Assembly: GCA_046728015.1 (NCBI GenBank)
Contig: JBKPDQ010000061.1
Coordinates: forward strand, 1-62,925
Reading direction: 5' to 3'
From: Actinomycetota bacterium
GTDB taxonomy: Bacteria; Actinomycetota; Thermoleophilia; Solirubrobacterales; 70-9
Length of the DNA stretch: 62,925 bases
Part shown: positions 8,253 through 18,068 of the stretch, piece by piece
Layout: each line of letters starts with the position of its first letter
Numbering within the stretch: position 1 is the first letter of the stretch
Program-made: the position numbers and the translations under genes
The notes under the pieces: generated by a model
Told to the model about the DNA's origin: nothing
The model's database searches: none
The model's input: only the letters and a program-made list of their open reading frames with translations

Positions 8253-8369
8253 TTACCCGAAGATCATCAGCGCGAGCGCAATGACGACGCAGATCCCGAT
8301 CCCGGTCAACGCGAACTTGAGGTCCTGCTCGCCGACGTTTGGCGCTTCGCGCGCGCGTAGATCCTCCAT
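8253..8369 (-). CDS. Small (38 aa) single-TM protein
   Basis: AAAGGAG sits 5 nt upstream of the ATG. Product MEDLRAREAPNVGEQDLKFALTGIGICVVIALALMIFG. Only the 3' end of the 146-aa ORF call looks coding. Confidence 0.5.
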   Translation of the reverse strand: MEDLRAREAPNVGEQDLKFALTGIGICVVIALALMIFG

Positions 8370-8550
8370 GCCAACTCCTTTCGGTTCGACGACGCTGACG
8401 ATACCCGGGCGCCGCCGCAAGATCCACTGATCCAGCTCGGCGATCCCGCCGTAAAGGGATGCAACGCGGGCGGATGAGACCCGGGACCCGCACGGACCAG
8501 GGTCCGCTCCGCCCGGCGCAGACAAACCCTCATCCGAAAGGAGTCCATAG

Positions 8551-10014
8551 ATGAGGAACGCACCCCTGTCCGCAAGGGGGTGGTCGCTTGTGATCGCGGC
8601 CGCCGTCGCCTCGGCGATCGTCGTGCCGCTGTCGATCGGGTCCTCGCACCGCGAGGCACCGAACATCATGCTCGACCCCTCCGCGGACAACACCGATGTC
8701 TACGCCTTCACCGCCCCGGGTGCCGAGGACGCGATCACGATCGCGTCCAACTGGATCCCGGGCCAGGTGCCGGCGAACGGGCCGAACTTCTTCCGGTTCG
8801 ACGATCGCGCCCGGTACTACAACAACATCGACAACAACGGCGACGGTGTTGCCGACATCAAGTACCGGTTCACGTTCGACACGAAGACCCGCAACCCGAA
8901 CTCGTTCCTGTACGCGGGGCCGGGCACGCAGGACTTCAACGATCCGGGCCTGAACGTGGTCCAGACGTATGACGTAGTCCGCGAGACGTACAAGCGCAAC
9001 GGCAAGCTCCGCAAGCGCAAGAAGATCGCGAACGACCTCCCGGTTGCACCGCCGAACATCGGGCCGAAGACGTTCCCCAACTACGGGAACTTCGTCGACC
9101 AGGCGAAGCGAACGCTGAGCGACGGCACGAAGCTGTTCGTCGGCACCCGCGACGATCCGTTCTTCGTCGACCTCGGGGCCGCGTTCGACGCGATCAACGT
9201 CCGCATGGGCACCGGCAACGAGGGCGCCGGCCGCGACGACCTGTCCGGCTACTGGACCTCGACGACCGTCATGCAGATCCCGGAGTCGAAGGTCACCAGG
9301 AACGGTCGGCAGGTCGAGGACGCGGACGCGCACAACGCCGTTGTGGGCGTCTGGTCGACGACCGAGCGGCGACGCCTGCAGGTGACGGACGCCAGCGGCA
9401 AGCCGCCCAAGAAGGCCGGCCGCAAGAAGAAGAACAAGTGGGTCCAGGTCTCGCGCCTCGGCAACCCGCTCGTCAACGAGGTCGTCATCCCGCTCGGGAT
9501 GAAGGACCGGTTCAACCGCACCACTCCGGACCGCGACGCTGAGCTGTATGGCCAGTTTGTGACCCAGCCGGAGCTGGCTGCGGTCCTGAACGCCCTGTTC
9601 GGCGTCGGCGCCCCGGAGACGGATCGCACCGACATCGTCCAGGCGCTGCTCCAGGGGATCCCGGGGCTGAACGAGCACAAGGGCAAGTACGCCGGCACGC
9701 CGGTGGACACCCTCAAGCTCAACCTCGGGATCGATCCGAGCTCGATGCCCGACCGGTTCGGCGTGATCGGCGGAGATACCGCCGGCTTCCCGAACGGGCG
9801 TCGCCTCACGGATGACGTCGTCGACATCGAGCTCCAGGTGATCGCCGGCTTCCTGGTCGGCAATCAGGTGCCGCTCGGCGACGGAGTGGACGAGGACACC
9901 AAGGGGTTCCTGAACCAGTTCCCCTACCTCAACGAGCCGGACTCGGGCTTCGACTCGAACCCGGGCCAGTTCATCCAGCCCACGCATCCGCCCGTCCCGG
10001 CGGGAGGCGGCTGA
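8551..10014 (+). CDS. DUF4331 family secreted protein
   Basis: AAAGGAG RBS. A signal peptide is followed by SSHREAPNIMLDPSADNTDVYAF, the characteristic DUF4331 N-terminal signature. Confidence 0.8.
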   Translation: MRNAPLSARGWSLVIAAAVASAIVVPLSIGSSHREAPNIMLDPSADNTDVYAFTAPGAEDAITIASNWIPGQVPANGPNFFRFDDRARYYNNIDNNGDGVADIKYRFTFDTKTRNPNSFLYAGPGTQDFNDPGLNVVQTYDVVRETYKRNGKLRKRKKIANDLPVAPPNIGPKTFPNYGNFVDQAKRTLSDGTKLFVGTRDDPFFVDLGAAFDAINVRMGTGNEGAGRDDLSGYWTSTTVMQIPESKVTRNGRQVEDADAHNAVVGVWSTTERRRLQVTDASGKPPKKAGRKKKNKWVQVSRLGNPLVNEVVIPLGMKDRFNRTTPDRDAELYGQFVTQPELAAVLNALFGVGAPETDRTDIVQALLQGIPGLNEHKGKYAGTPVDTLKLNLGIDPSSMPDRFGVIGGDTAGFPNGRRLTDDVVDIELQVIAGFLVGNQVPLGDGVDEDTKGFLNQFPYLNEPDSGFDSNPGQFIQPTHPPVPAGGG

Positions 10015-10028
10015 GGGACCGACCGATC

Positions 10029-10058
10029 GGAGGGAGCGCCACGGACGGCGCTCCCTCC
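10029..10058 (+). terminator. Intercistronic 12-bp perfect hairpin between the DUF4331 and TPR genes (attenuator or mRNA-stabiliser candidate)
   Basis: GGAGGGAGCGCC-ACGGAC-GGCGCTCCCTCC lies 15 nt after the stop codon. No U-tract. Confidence 0.5.
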
Positions 10059-10088
10059 GTCGGCGCCTTGAATCGCGAGGAGACCGAC

Positions 10089-11405
10089 ATGCTTCGAAAC
10101 CAAAATTCACTGCCCCGTCTGACCTTGCTGACCGCCCCGCTGCTCGCCTTCGCCGCGTTGATCGCGGTGCTGTCGATGGCAAACCGGTCCCCCGAGCTGA
10201 CCGCCCCGGCGCCCGAGACGGCAGCGTCTGCGCCCCCGAGTGACACAGGGGCGTTGATCGCCACGCTGCGCGACTCGATCCGCGCACGGCCTGACGACGC
10301 TCAGGCGGCGGTCGCGCTCGGAGACGCCTTCTACCAGCGGTCGCGCGAGACCGGCGACGCTCTCAACTACGCGCGGGCCGAGCGCGCCTACGAGGGTGCG
10401 CTGGCCATTGAATCCGACAACGTCGCCGCGATCTCCGGCCTGGCAACGATCGCGCTCGCCCGTCATCAGTTCGCCGACGGCCTCGAGCTGGCGCGGCGGG
10501 CGCATCGCGCCGAGCCCGGTCTGGTCGCCCCGTATGCGGCCCTCGTCGACGGGCTGATCGAGACGGGTCGCTACGGGGTCGCGGCGCGGAAGCTGGATCG
10601 GATGCTGCGCCTCAAGCCGACGCTCGCGTCGTACTCCCGGGTGTCGTACTACCGCGAGCTCCACGGCGATCTACCCGGCGCCGCCCGGGCGCTCGACTCC
10701 GCCGTCTCGGCGGGCTCGGGGACAATCGAGGGGTCTGCCTACATTCGGTCGCTCGAGGCGGATCTCGCGGCAAATCGAGGCCGATACGCCGCCGCCGCGC
10801 ACGGGTATCGCGCCGCGCTGTCCATCGATCCGGCCTATCGAAAGGCCATCACCGGACTCGCCATGCTGAAGGCCGGTCGCGGCGAGCTTGTCCCGGCAAT
10901 CGAGGCGCTTCGCGGGCAGCTAGGCGACTCCCCGTCGCCCGACGCTCTCACTCAGCTCGGCGAGCTCGAACAGGCCGCCGGCCGCTTCGCCGCCGCGGAG
11001 CGTCGTTACACGCTGGCGAGCGAGCTCGAACGACAGGGCCTCGCAGAGGGCTCGGGTTACGACGCCGGCGTGACGCTGAACGAGGCAGAGCACGGTGACC
11101 CGGCGGTCGCCCTCGGCTACGGTCGCCGAGCCTGGCGTTCGGCCCCGAGCGTGTCTTCGGCCGACGCGTACTCGTGGGCCCTCTATCGCGCCGGGCGGAT
11201 CGACGCCGCGAGGCGTCTGTCGGCCGAGGCGATGCGGCTTGGTTCACGTGACCCGGACTTCCTCTACCACGCAGGCATGATCGCCAAAGCTGGTGGCCAG
11301 GAGAACCGGGCGCGGCAGTTGCTCTCGCTGCTGCTCGACCACGCGCCGCGCTTCAATCCGCTGTATGCGCCGCGGGCGGAGCGAGCCCTGAGGGCGGTGC
11401 GGTAG
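10089..11405 (+). CDS. Membrane-anchored tetratricopeptide (TPR) repeat protein
   Basis: GAGGAG sits 6 nt before ATG 10089. N-terminal TM helix LTLLTAPLLAFAALIAVL. Repeated A..AY..AL..DP..A TPR-like units follow. Confidence 0.7.
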   Translation: MLRNQNSLPRLTLLTAPLLAFAALIAVLSMANRSPELTAPAPETAASAPPSDTGALIATLRDSIRARPDDAQAAVALGDAFYQRSRETGDALNYARAERAYEGALAIESDNVAAISGLATIALARHQFADGLELARRAHRAEPGLVAPYAALVDGLIETGRYGVAARKLDRMLRLKPTLASYSRVSYYRELHGDLPGAARALDSAVSAGSGTIEGSAYIRSLEADLAANRGRYAAAAHGYRAALSIDPAYRKAITGLAMLKAGRGELVPAIEALRGQLGDSPSPDALTQLGELEQAAGRFAAAERRYTLASELERQGLAEGSGYDAGVTLNEAEHGDPAVALGYGRRAWRSAPSVSSADAYSWALYRAGRIDAARRLSAEAMRLGSRDPDFLYHAGMIAKAGGQENRARQLLSLLLDHAPRFNPLYAPRAERALRAVR

Positions 11406-11409
11406 ACGG

Positions 11410-11676
11410 AATCGACTCGTCGATTTGGCATCGATGTGATGGGAGCTCGCCGACTGCCAGGGCGCCGACGTGCAGGCCCCCAGCCCCGCTAGCGCGATCA
11501 GGATGCCGAGCACATACCAGCGGGAGCGAAACAGCACCAGCGATGTGCGCACGGGACGGCGCATCTCGACCTGAGGCGACTCGACCGCGCAGCGGTTGTT
11601 TGTAGAGGAAGCCGAGAACCGAGGCGAAGGCCGTGGCCAGGGCAAGCAGCAGCCCGATCTGAACGGAAACGCTCAT
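11410..11676 (-). pseudogene. Degraded remnant of a DMT-like membrane protein gene
   Basis: MSVSVQIGLLLALATAFASVLGFLYKQ continues only by switching frames (..LFRSRWYVLGILIALAGLG, then LHVGALAVGELPS). It is truncated by the converging TPR gene. Confidence 0.3.
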
Positions 11677-11772
11677 CGAAGATCGGCCAGCGTAGAGGCC
11701 GCCGGTTAGGGTTGGCCAATCGGGGACCTGAGGCTTCATCTCGAGCAAGTTCTCGACGCCTCGCCGGAGCGC

Positions 11773-12159
11773 GTGTTTCAGGCCCTGGTCGCGCCCAACC
11801 AGCTGGCTCAGTGGTGGGGCCCGGCAGGGTTCACCTCCCCAAACGTCGACTTCGAGCCACGCGTGGGAGGGAGCTACCGAATCAAGATGCAGCCTCCCGA
11901 TGGCGACGCCTTCTACCTGCGTGGTGAGTTCCGGGCGGTCGATCCACCGGGACGCCTCGCCTACACCTTCATCTGGGAAGACCCGGATCCGGACGACCAG
12001 GAGACTCTGGTGTCGCTGACGCTCGAGGATCGGGGCGGGTCGACGATGCTGACTCTCGACCAGGGCCCGTTTGCGACCGAGGGCCGTCTCGCGCTCCACC
12101 GTGACGGATGGTCGGACAGCTTCGAGGGCCTGCGAACGCTGGTCTCCGCCGTTGACTGA
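11773..12159 (+). CDS. SRPBCC/AHSA1 (Aha1-like) domain protein
   Basis: ERVFQALVAPNQLAQWWGPAGF..GGSYRI..GEFRAVDPPGRLAYTF..HRDGW. The homologous N-terminal strand (DLRLHLEQVLDASPERV) lies upstream in frame, directly after a TAG, with no ATG/GTG/TTG, so the true start is unclear. Confidence 0.65.
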   Translation: MFQALVAPNQLAQWWGPAGFTSPNVDFEPRVGGSYRIKMQPPDGDAFYLRGEFRAVDPPGRLAYTFIWEDPDPDDQETLVSLTLEDRGGSTMLTLDQGPFATEGRLALHRDGWSDSFEGLRTLVSAVD

Positions 12160-12165
12160 GTGCCG

Positions 12166-12441
12166 CTAGGCCGCGCTGCGAGGCGGGCCGTCATCCGAGG
12201 ACTGGGGCAGGTCCAACTCGCGCTCGAGCTCGGCGTCGAGCTGGATTGCCCTGATCGCGTGCTCGTCGGGGAGCTTTGCCAGCAGCTCGTGGATCAGCCT
12301 CTGGATCTCGGCCTGGTCGCGGCCGAAGTCGTCGAGGAGGCTGCGCAGGGCTGTGTGGACGATCTTCAGCTGGGCCGGAGTCAGCTCCAGGTGGTATCGA
12401 AACGGTGTCGAGATCGTGCTGTCAGAGCCCTCGTCGTTCAC
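12166..12441 (-). CDS. Hypothetical acidic 91-aa protein
   Basis: Non-Arg-rich helical sequence, 48 nt downstream of the WS/DGAT gene on the same strand. Confidence 0.45.
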   Translation of the reverse strand: MNDEGSDSTISTPFRYHLELTPAQLKIVHTALRSLLDDFGRDQAEIQRLIHELLAKLPDEHAIRAIQLDAELERELDLPQSSDDGPPRSAA

Positions 12442-12489
12442 GGTGCCTCCGGTCGTGGCGTGCCCTGGGGCCTCAGTTCGTGACGAATG

Positions 12490-13902
12490 TTACGCCGAAG
12501 CGGGGGCGGGTTGGCGCTCGGACGCTTCGTCGGCCGCTTCGACGAGCTCCGCGATCGAGCGCTCGATGCCCTCGGCGATCACATCGACGTCCTCCATCGA
12601 GTCATAGTCGGCGAGGAGCCCGAAGTTGATGCCGCCGTTGTAGCTCATGATCGCGACGAAGAGGGCCTGGTGGGGCGGCAGGAAGCCGACCGGGAAGCAG
12701 TCCTCGAGCTCGCGGCCGAGCACGTACAGAGGCACCTGCGGGCCCGGAACGTTGGTGACCACGACGTTGAAGAGGCGGGTCGAGAAGTTGATCCGCGCCG
12801 CCTGGGCCAGCAACGTCGGAGGAGCGAAGTCGTTGAAGCGGGAGATCACCTCCGCGCCGAGGGCCTGCTTTGACTGCTTGAGGCCGTGCATCGCCTGACT
12901 CACGGTCTCCAGCCGAGCGACGGGATCCTCGACGTAGACGGGAAGGGGCGCGCGCAGGGCCGCCAGCTTGTTGCCGAGGTGTCCGCGCTCGTCCGTGGCG
13001 CGGATGCTCACCGGGACCTGCGCGCGCAGCTCCAGTCCTTCGGTCCGGATGCCGCGACCCTGAAGCCATGAGCGCAGCGCGCCCGCCACGACCGCGAGCA
13101 CGACGTCGTTCACCGTGCCCCCGAGCGCGTCCTTGACCTTCTTGAACTGCGCCAGGTCGCTGCGCACCCACGAATAGCGCCGGTGGGAGCCGATCTCGAC
13201 GTTGAGCGGCACCTTCGGAGCCGCGTTGACGAACGCCCAGCCGATCTCACCGATGCCTTCCGCCGAATGGCCGAGCTGCTGGACCGTGGCACTGGGGTGC
13301 TCAACCGCCTGTTCCAGCCGTCGCAGCAGCCGCACCGGCGTCCGCAACAGCCCCTCGGCGTCCTTGGCGAGCAGGCGAGCCCCAGAGGGCTCAGGATCGG
13401 GCACCCAGTCGTGGTCGGGCTCGGCGGGCTCGGGCACGGGCTTCAGGTCGAAGAGCACGGTTGCGATGTCTACGCCCGAGACGCCGTCGACCAAAGCGTG
13501 GTGGGTCTTCGTGACCAGGGCGAAGCGCTTTCGCGTCAGCCCCTGGACCAGCCAGAGCTCCCAGAGTGGCTTGGTGCGGTCGAGCTGCTGCGAGTAGACA
13601 CGAGCGGCCATCTTGCGGAGCTGCTCTTCTGAGCCCGGCGCCGGCAGCGCCGAGTGGCGGACGTGGTAGGAGAGGTTGAACGCGGGGTCGTCGACCCAGA
13701 ACGGCCGCCCCGTCGGGACGGGCGGGTAGGCGAGCTTCTGACGAAAGCGAGGCACCAGGTGAAGGCGCGAGGACACGTGCTCGAGCAGGTCCTCGTAGCT
13801 TGGCGGTGGACCCTCGAAGATCAGGATTCCGCCCACGTGCATGTGGCTCGACGAGCTCTCGTTGGTAAGGAAGGAGACGTCGAGCGCGCTCAGTCGCTCC
13901 AT
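12490..13902 (-). CDS. Wax ester synthase/diacylglycerol acyltransferase (WS/DGAT)
   Basis: HHALVDGVSG active-site motif. The N-terminus MERLSALDVSFL.. is typical of the family. Alternative ATG starts at 13917 and 13956. Confidence 0.85.
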   Translation of the reverse strand: MERLSALDVSFLTNESSSSHMHVGGILIFEGPPPSYEDLLEHVSSRLHLVPRFRQKLAYPPVPTGRPFWVDDPAFNLSYHVRHSALPAPGSEEQLRKMAARVYSQQLDRTKPLWELWLVQGLTRKRFALVTKTHHALVDGVSGVDIATVLFDLKPVPEPAEPDHDWVPDPEPSGARLLAKDAEGLLRTPVRLLRRLEQAVEHPSATVQQLGHSAEGIGEIGWAFVNAAPKVPLNVEIGSHRRYSWVRSDLAQFKKVKDALGGTVNDVVLAVVAGALRSWLQGRGIRTEGLELRAQVPVSIRATDERGHLGNKLAALRAPLPVYVEDPVARLETVSQAMHGLKQSKQALGAEVISRFNDFAPPTLLAQAARINFSTRLFNVVVTNVPGPQVPLYVLGRELEDCFPVGFLPPHQALFVAIMSYNGGINFGLLADYDSMEDVDVIAEGIERSIAELVEAADEASERQPAPASA

Positions 13903-13954
13903 GTGGCCCTGGGCCATGCAAGCCAACATACCCGCCCCAGTAGCCTCGCGCCGC

Positions 13955-14872
13955 ATGCGTGTCCTCGCCTGCAGCCTGGTGGCCGCCGCCGTGCTCGCCG
14001 GGTGCGGATCGGGCGACGATGGGCGTACGTTGGACGACGTCGCTGCGGGCGAATTTGACGCCGACCGCGCGTTCGCCGACCTGGAGGCTCAGGTGGCGAT
14101 CGGCCAGCGACCCGCCGGCTCGCCCGCCAGCCGGGAGACCGCCGAGCTGATCGCCGCGCGCCTGCGCGAAGCGGGCGTGCGCGACGTGCGCATCCAGCGC
14201 CCCCACCTGAACGTGGTCGGGACGATTCCGGGCGACCAATCCTCAGAGGCGATCGTGATCGGCGCACACCACGACACAAAGGACGACGTCGGACCGGGAT
14301 TCGAAGGGGCCAACGACGGCGCGTCGGGCGTCGCCGTCGTCCTCGAGCTGGCGCGGGCGCTGGCCCCGCGCGTTCAGGGCCCGCCGATTCACCTGGCGCT
14401 GTTCGACGCCGAGGAGGCACGGGGCGACCGCGACTTCCTCTCCGACGGGCTGCGGGGCAGCAGGCAGTACGTCGAGTACGCCAGGCGCGGGAGCCGGCAG
14501 GGCACGCCGCCGCTGAACGAGATCGGCGCGATGGTCCTCTTCGACCTGGTCGGAGACTGTGACCTGCAGATCCCATACGAGCCGAACTCGAGCCGCAACC
14601 TGTACGACCAATTCGCCGAGGGGGCCGGAAAGGTGGACGGAAACGCCGACCCGTTCGAGGGCAAGGCCGATCCGATCCTCGACGACCACATCCCCTTCCG
14701 GGAGGCTGGAATCCCCGCGGTGGACCTCATCGACTTCGAGTTCGGGCCCGGCCCGTCGCCAGGCGCCTACTGGCACACGCCCGAGGACACGCTGGACAAG
14801 GTCTGCGCGGAGAGCCTCGACGCCGTGGGCGAGGCCGCCCTGCGGGCCCTGCCACGGCCTGCCACCCCGTAG
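13955..14872 (+). CDS. M28 family zinc peptidase (aminopeptidase/glutaminyl-cyclase-like) lipoprotein
   Basis: Lipobox LAGCGSG. Motifs [25 protein letters not shown] and WHTPEDT. Confidence 0.8.
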   Translation: MRVLACSLVAAAVLAGCGSGDDGRTLDDVAAGEFDADRAFADLEAQVAIGQRPAGSPASRETAELIAARLREAGVRDVRIQRPHLNVVGTIPGDQSSEAIVIGAHHDTKDDVGPGFEGANDGASGVAVVLELARALAPRVQGPPIHLALFDAEEARGDRDFLSDGLRGSRQYVEYARRGSRQGTPPLNEIGAMVLFDLVGDCDLQIPYEPNSSRNLYDQFAEGAGKVDGNADPFEGKADPILDDHIPFREAGIPAVDLIDFEFGPGPSPGAYWHTPEDTLDKVCAESLDAVGEAALRALPRPATP

Positions 14873-14895
14873 CCGGCGACGGCTACCCTTTGCGC

Positions 14896-15867
14896 ATGGC
14901 CGGGGCCACCGCAACACAGGCGCCCAAGCGCGTCCTCTTGGCCGCGCCGCGCGGCTACTGCGCGGGTGTCGACCGTGCCGTGCAGGCGGTCGAGCAGGCG
15001 CTGGAGCTCTACGGACCCCCGGTGTATGTGCGCAAGGAGATCGTGCACAACAAGCACGTGGTTTCCCAGCTTGCCGAGCGCGGCGCCATCTTCGTCGACC
15101 AGGAGACCGAGGTCCCGGAGGGCGAGCTCGTCGTGTTCTCCGCCCACGGCGTGGCTCCGAGCGTGCACGCCAATGCGGAGGCCCGGCAGTTGCGCACGAT
15201 CGACGCCACCTGCCCGCTGGTGACCAAGGTTCACGTCGAGGCTCGCAAGTTCGCCGAGCAGGGCTACACGATCGTCCTCATCGGCCACGAGGGTCACGAG
15301 GAGGTCGAGGGAACCACGGGCGAGGCCCGCGAGAACATCGTGCTCGTGCAGACCGCCGACGACGTGGACGACCTCGAGGTCTCCGATCCAGGCCGAGTCG
15401 CATACATCACCCAGACGACGCTCTCCGTCGACGAGACCACGCAGATCATCGCCAGGCTGCGCGCCAAGTTCCCCAACATCACGGCGCCGAAGTCCGACGA
15501 CATCTGTTACGCGACGACCAATCGCCAGATCGCGGTCAAGCAGCTCGCGCGCGAGTGTGAGCTGGTGCTGGTGATCGGATCCACCAACTCGTCCAACTCC
15601 AACCGCCTGGTTGAGGTCGCGCGCGAGCACGGCGCCGACTCGCACCTGATCGACAACGCGTCTCAGGTGCGCGAGGAATGGCTCGACGGCGTGCAGACGG
15701 TCGGCCTCACTTCCGGCGCGAGCGCGCCCGAGGAGCTCGTCTCGGAGCTCGTCGAGTTCTTCCGCGAGCGCGGAGCCGACGACGTCGACGAGCTGCGCAC
15801 GGTCGACGAGGACGTGCGCTTCATGCTCCCGAAGGAGATCCGCACGGAGCTCGCCGCCCGGGCCTGA
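14896..15867 (+). CDS. ispH: 4-hydroxy-3-methylbut-2-enyl diphosphate reductase
   Basis: [54 protein letters not shown] 14890 is an alternative start. Confidence 0.9.
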   Translation: MAGATATQAPKRVLLAAPRGYCAGVDRAVQAVEQALELYGPPVYVRKEIVHNKHVVSQLAERGAIFVDQETEVPEGELVVFSAHGVAPSVHANAEARQLRTIDATCPLVTKVHVEARKFAEQGYTIVLIGHEGHEEVEGTTGEARENIVLVQTADDVDDLEVSDPGRVAYITQTTLSVDETTQIIARLRAKFPNITAPKSDDICYATTNRQIAVKQLARECELVLVIGSTNSSNSNRLVEVAREHGADSHLIDNASQVREEWLDGVQTVGLTSGASAPEELVSELVEFFRERGADDVDELRTVDEDVRFMLPKEIRTELAARA

Positions 15868-15988
15868 GCCGCGGCGACGCGGGGGTCGTAGTCGGTGTGC
15901 AGGTGGGCGAATGTCGAGGGGTACACGGGCGACTCCTTTCCGAACTGTCCGAGCCCCTTGATCATCCGTGCGCCTGGGTTTTCGCACC

Positions 15989-16014
15989 AATCATTTAGAC
16001 TGCACTAAATCGTT
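15989..16014. promoter_or_regulatory. Imperfect 10-6-10 inverted repeat overlapping the start region of the ArsR-like gene (candidate auto-operator)
   Basis: AATCATTTAG-ACTGCA-CTAAATCGTT in an AT-rich patch. 8 of 10 arm positions are complementary, with a perfect TTTAG/CTAAA core. Confidence 0.35.
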
Positions 16015-16068
16015 CGCTACGAATTCACCGTCGAGGACCTGGCAAGGACCCGCTTCGCGATCTCCCCG

Positions 16069-16974
16069 ATGTGGGAGACCGCGGCCGCGATCCGGGCGCT
16101 GCGCGACCCCGACCTGATCTCGCTTCACCTGCCGTGGATCAAGCAGGTTCGCGGCGAGATCGGCGGGCTCGACCTGTCGCCCGCCTACGCGCTGTTGCCT
16201 CGCCACGGCTACATCGCCGACTTCGTGACGCCCCCACCCTCAACCCCGCTGACGAACTTCGTGGATGAGCTCGAGTTGGTGCGATCCACTCGCCCGGAGC
16301 AGATTCGAAACGACGCCGAGCTGCTCGTCGGCCTTGGCCACCCGCTCGAGGGGCTTCGTCCCTACCTGGATGACCCTCGAGCCGCGGTCGACCGGCTCGC
16401 GGAGATCCTGGCGGAGTTCTGGCGCCGCGGCATCGAGCCGCACTGGACTCGGATTCACTCGCTGCTCGAGGCGGACCTGCTCTATCGCTCGAGACGCCTC
16501 GCGGAGGGTGGCGCGGCGCACCTGTTCGCCGACCTACATCCGCGGGTCGCATGGAGGGACGACGGCGTCGACGTGATCATGGAGCACGCCGAGCGGATCG
16601 AGCTCGCTGGTCGCGGCCTGGTGCTGGTGCCGAGCGCCTTCACGTGCGATAAGCCGTCGGCCATGACCCAGCCGCCATGGCAGCCGACGGTCGTCTTCCC
16701 GGCACGCGGGGTCGCACTCCTGTGGGAGTCGGCCGCCGCGCCTGCCGATGCGTTGACGAGGGTGCTCGGCCGCACGCGCGCGGCACTGCTCAACGACCTC
16801 GGCGCGCCGCGAACGACCACTGACCTCGCCGAGCGGCTGCAGATGACTCCGGGCGGTGTCTCGCAGCACCTGAGCGCGCTGCGCGACTCGGGGCTGGTCA
16901 CTGTCCGCCGCCACGGCAGACACGTGCTCTATTGGCGCAGCCCGCTCGCCGACGAGCTGGTCGGGGCTGACTGA
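16069..16974 (+). CDS. ArsR-family wHTH transcriptional regulator with N-terminal DUF5937-like domain
   Basis: C-terminal wHTH ..TTTDLAERLQMTPGGVSQHLSALRDSGLVTVRRHGRHVLY. The in-frame upstream sequence IVRYEFTVEDLARTRFAISP looks like genuine N-terminus. It begins at ATC 16009, directly after a TAA, with no canonical start. Confidence 0.7.
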   Translation: MWETAAAIRALRDPDLISLHLPWIKQVRGEIGGLDLSPAYALLPRHGYIADFVTPPPSTPLTNFVDELELVRSTRPEQIRNDAELLVGLGHPLEGLRPYLDDPRAAVDRLAEILAEFWRRGIEPHWTRIHSLLEADLLYRSRRLAEGGAAHLFADLHPRVAWRDDGVDVIMEHAERIELAGRGLVLVPSAFTCDKPSAMTQPPWQPTVVFPARGVALLWESAAAPADALTRVLGRTRAALLNDLGAPRTTTDLAERLQMTPGGVSQHLSALRDSGLVTVRRHGRHVLYWRSPLADELVGAD

Positions 16975-17026
16975 TCGAGTCGCCGCACCCGAGCCCGGTG
17001 CGCGATCGACCCGCGACGCGCGGTCT

Positions 17027-18028
17027 CTACTCGACCACGACCAGTCCTTCGGCCTCGAGCGCGCGGCGCAGCCGACCTGCGAGCGCGTCCCTCGGGGGCA
17101 GTGCGACCACAGCGCCGCCCGAGCCGCCGAAGTTCGCCGCAGCCCCGGCCGATCGCGCCGCATCGATCATCGCGACGTGACGAGGATCGAGCTCGTAGAT
17201 GCGTCGCCGCAGCTCGAAGTTGCGATCCATCAGCTTGCCCAGGCGGGTGCGATCGCCCGCGAGTAGAGCCTCGCGTCCCTCGTGCGCCAGCGCGCCGATC
17301 GCCGCCATCGTCTCGACGACCAGGGGTTCGCCGGCGTCGAAGCGCTCATGCATGGGCGCGTGGGCGATCCCGGAGTCCGTGGCGGCGTCGGGCCGGTAGG
17401 CGACCACCAGCGGAGGCAGCAGCGCAGGATCGAGCGGAACGTAGCGGCCGTGTCCCTGCGCTGCGACCAGCGCGGGGTCGAAGTCCATGAAGACGAGCCC
17501 TCCATAGGCCTGAACAACGCGATCCTGAAGACCCGCGGCGATCCCGAGTTCTTCGGTCTCGCACGCGAGCGCGAAGCTGGGCAGGAGCTCGGGCTCGATC
17601 CGGTCGGAGAACAGATCGCAGAGGGCGCACAGGGCCGAGATCACGATCGCGCTCGACCCGGCGAGGCCGACCTGGGGCGGGATGGACGAAGAGCGCAACC
17701 TCAAGTCGAAGCCGATGGCGGTGAGCTCGGTCCCTCCGGCGGCGAGCCGCTCGCAGTATCGCTTCGCCGTCGCCATCAGGAGCGCCGCCGGCCCGCCCGC
17801 TGGGTAGGCGCGGGCGCGCCCTGCGGCCACGAGCTCTGCCGCGTCCCAGAACTCGAGCCCATCTCCCTGCGCTTCGATCTTCACCGAGTCGCCCGCGCCG
17901 GCCTCCACCTCGGCCGAGAACTGCGGCAGCTCGAAGGCGATCGTCGCTCCGCCGAACCCGTCGGAGGGATTGCCAAGCAGCGCCGCACGCGCGTGGGTCA
18001 CGCCGGTTGCCTGCGGGGCGTCGCTCAC
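17027..18028 (-). CDS. GHMP family sugar kinase (glucuronokinase-like)
   Basis: ARAALLGNPSDGFGG N-terminus and the GLAGSSAIVISAL GHMP motif. GTG start. Confidence 0.75.
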   Translation of the reverse strand: MSDAPQATGVTHARAALLGNPSDGFGGATIAFELPQFSAEVEAGAGDSVKIEAQGDGLEFWDAAELVAAGRARAYPAGGPAALLMATAKRYCERLAAGGTELTAIGFDLRLRSSSIPPQVGLAGSSAIVISALCALCDLFSDRIEPELLPSFALACETEELGIAAGLQDRVVQAYGGLVFMDFDPALVAAQGHGRYVPLDPALLPPLVVAYRPDAATDSGIAHAPMHERFDAGEPLVVETMAAIGALAHEGREALLAGDRTRLGKLMDRNFELRRRIYELDPRHVAMIDAARSAGAAANFGGSGGAVVALPPRDALAGRLRRALEAEGLVVVE

Positions 18029-18068
18029 GGCGGCGCGATCGTACTCCCGGCCGCTACCGTCAGCGCGG

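Noticed and set aside
8253-8693. Full 146-aa minus-strand ORF overlapping the DUF4331 gene start.
   Set aside because: Only the last 38 codons have a strong SD-ATG and a credible TM helix. The upstream part overlaps the DUF4331 coding region and has no features.
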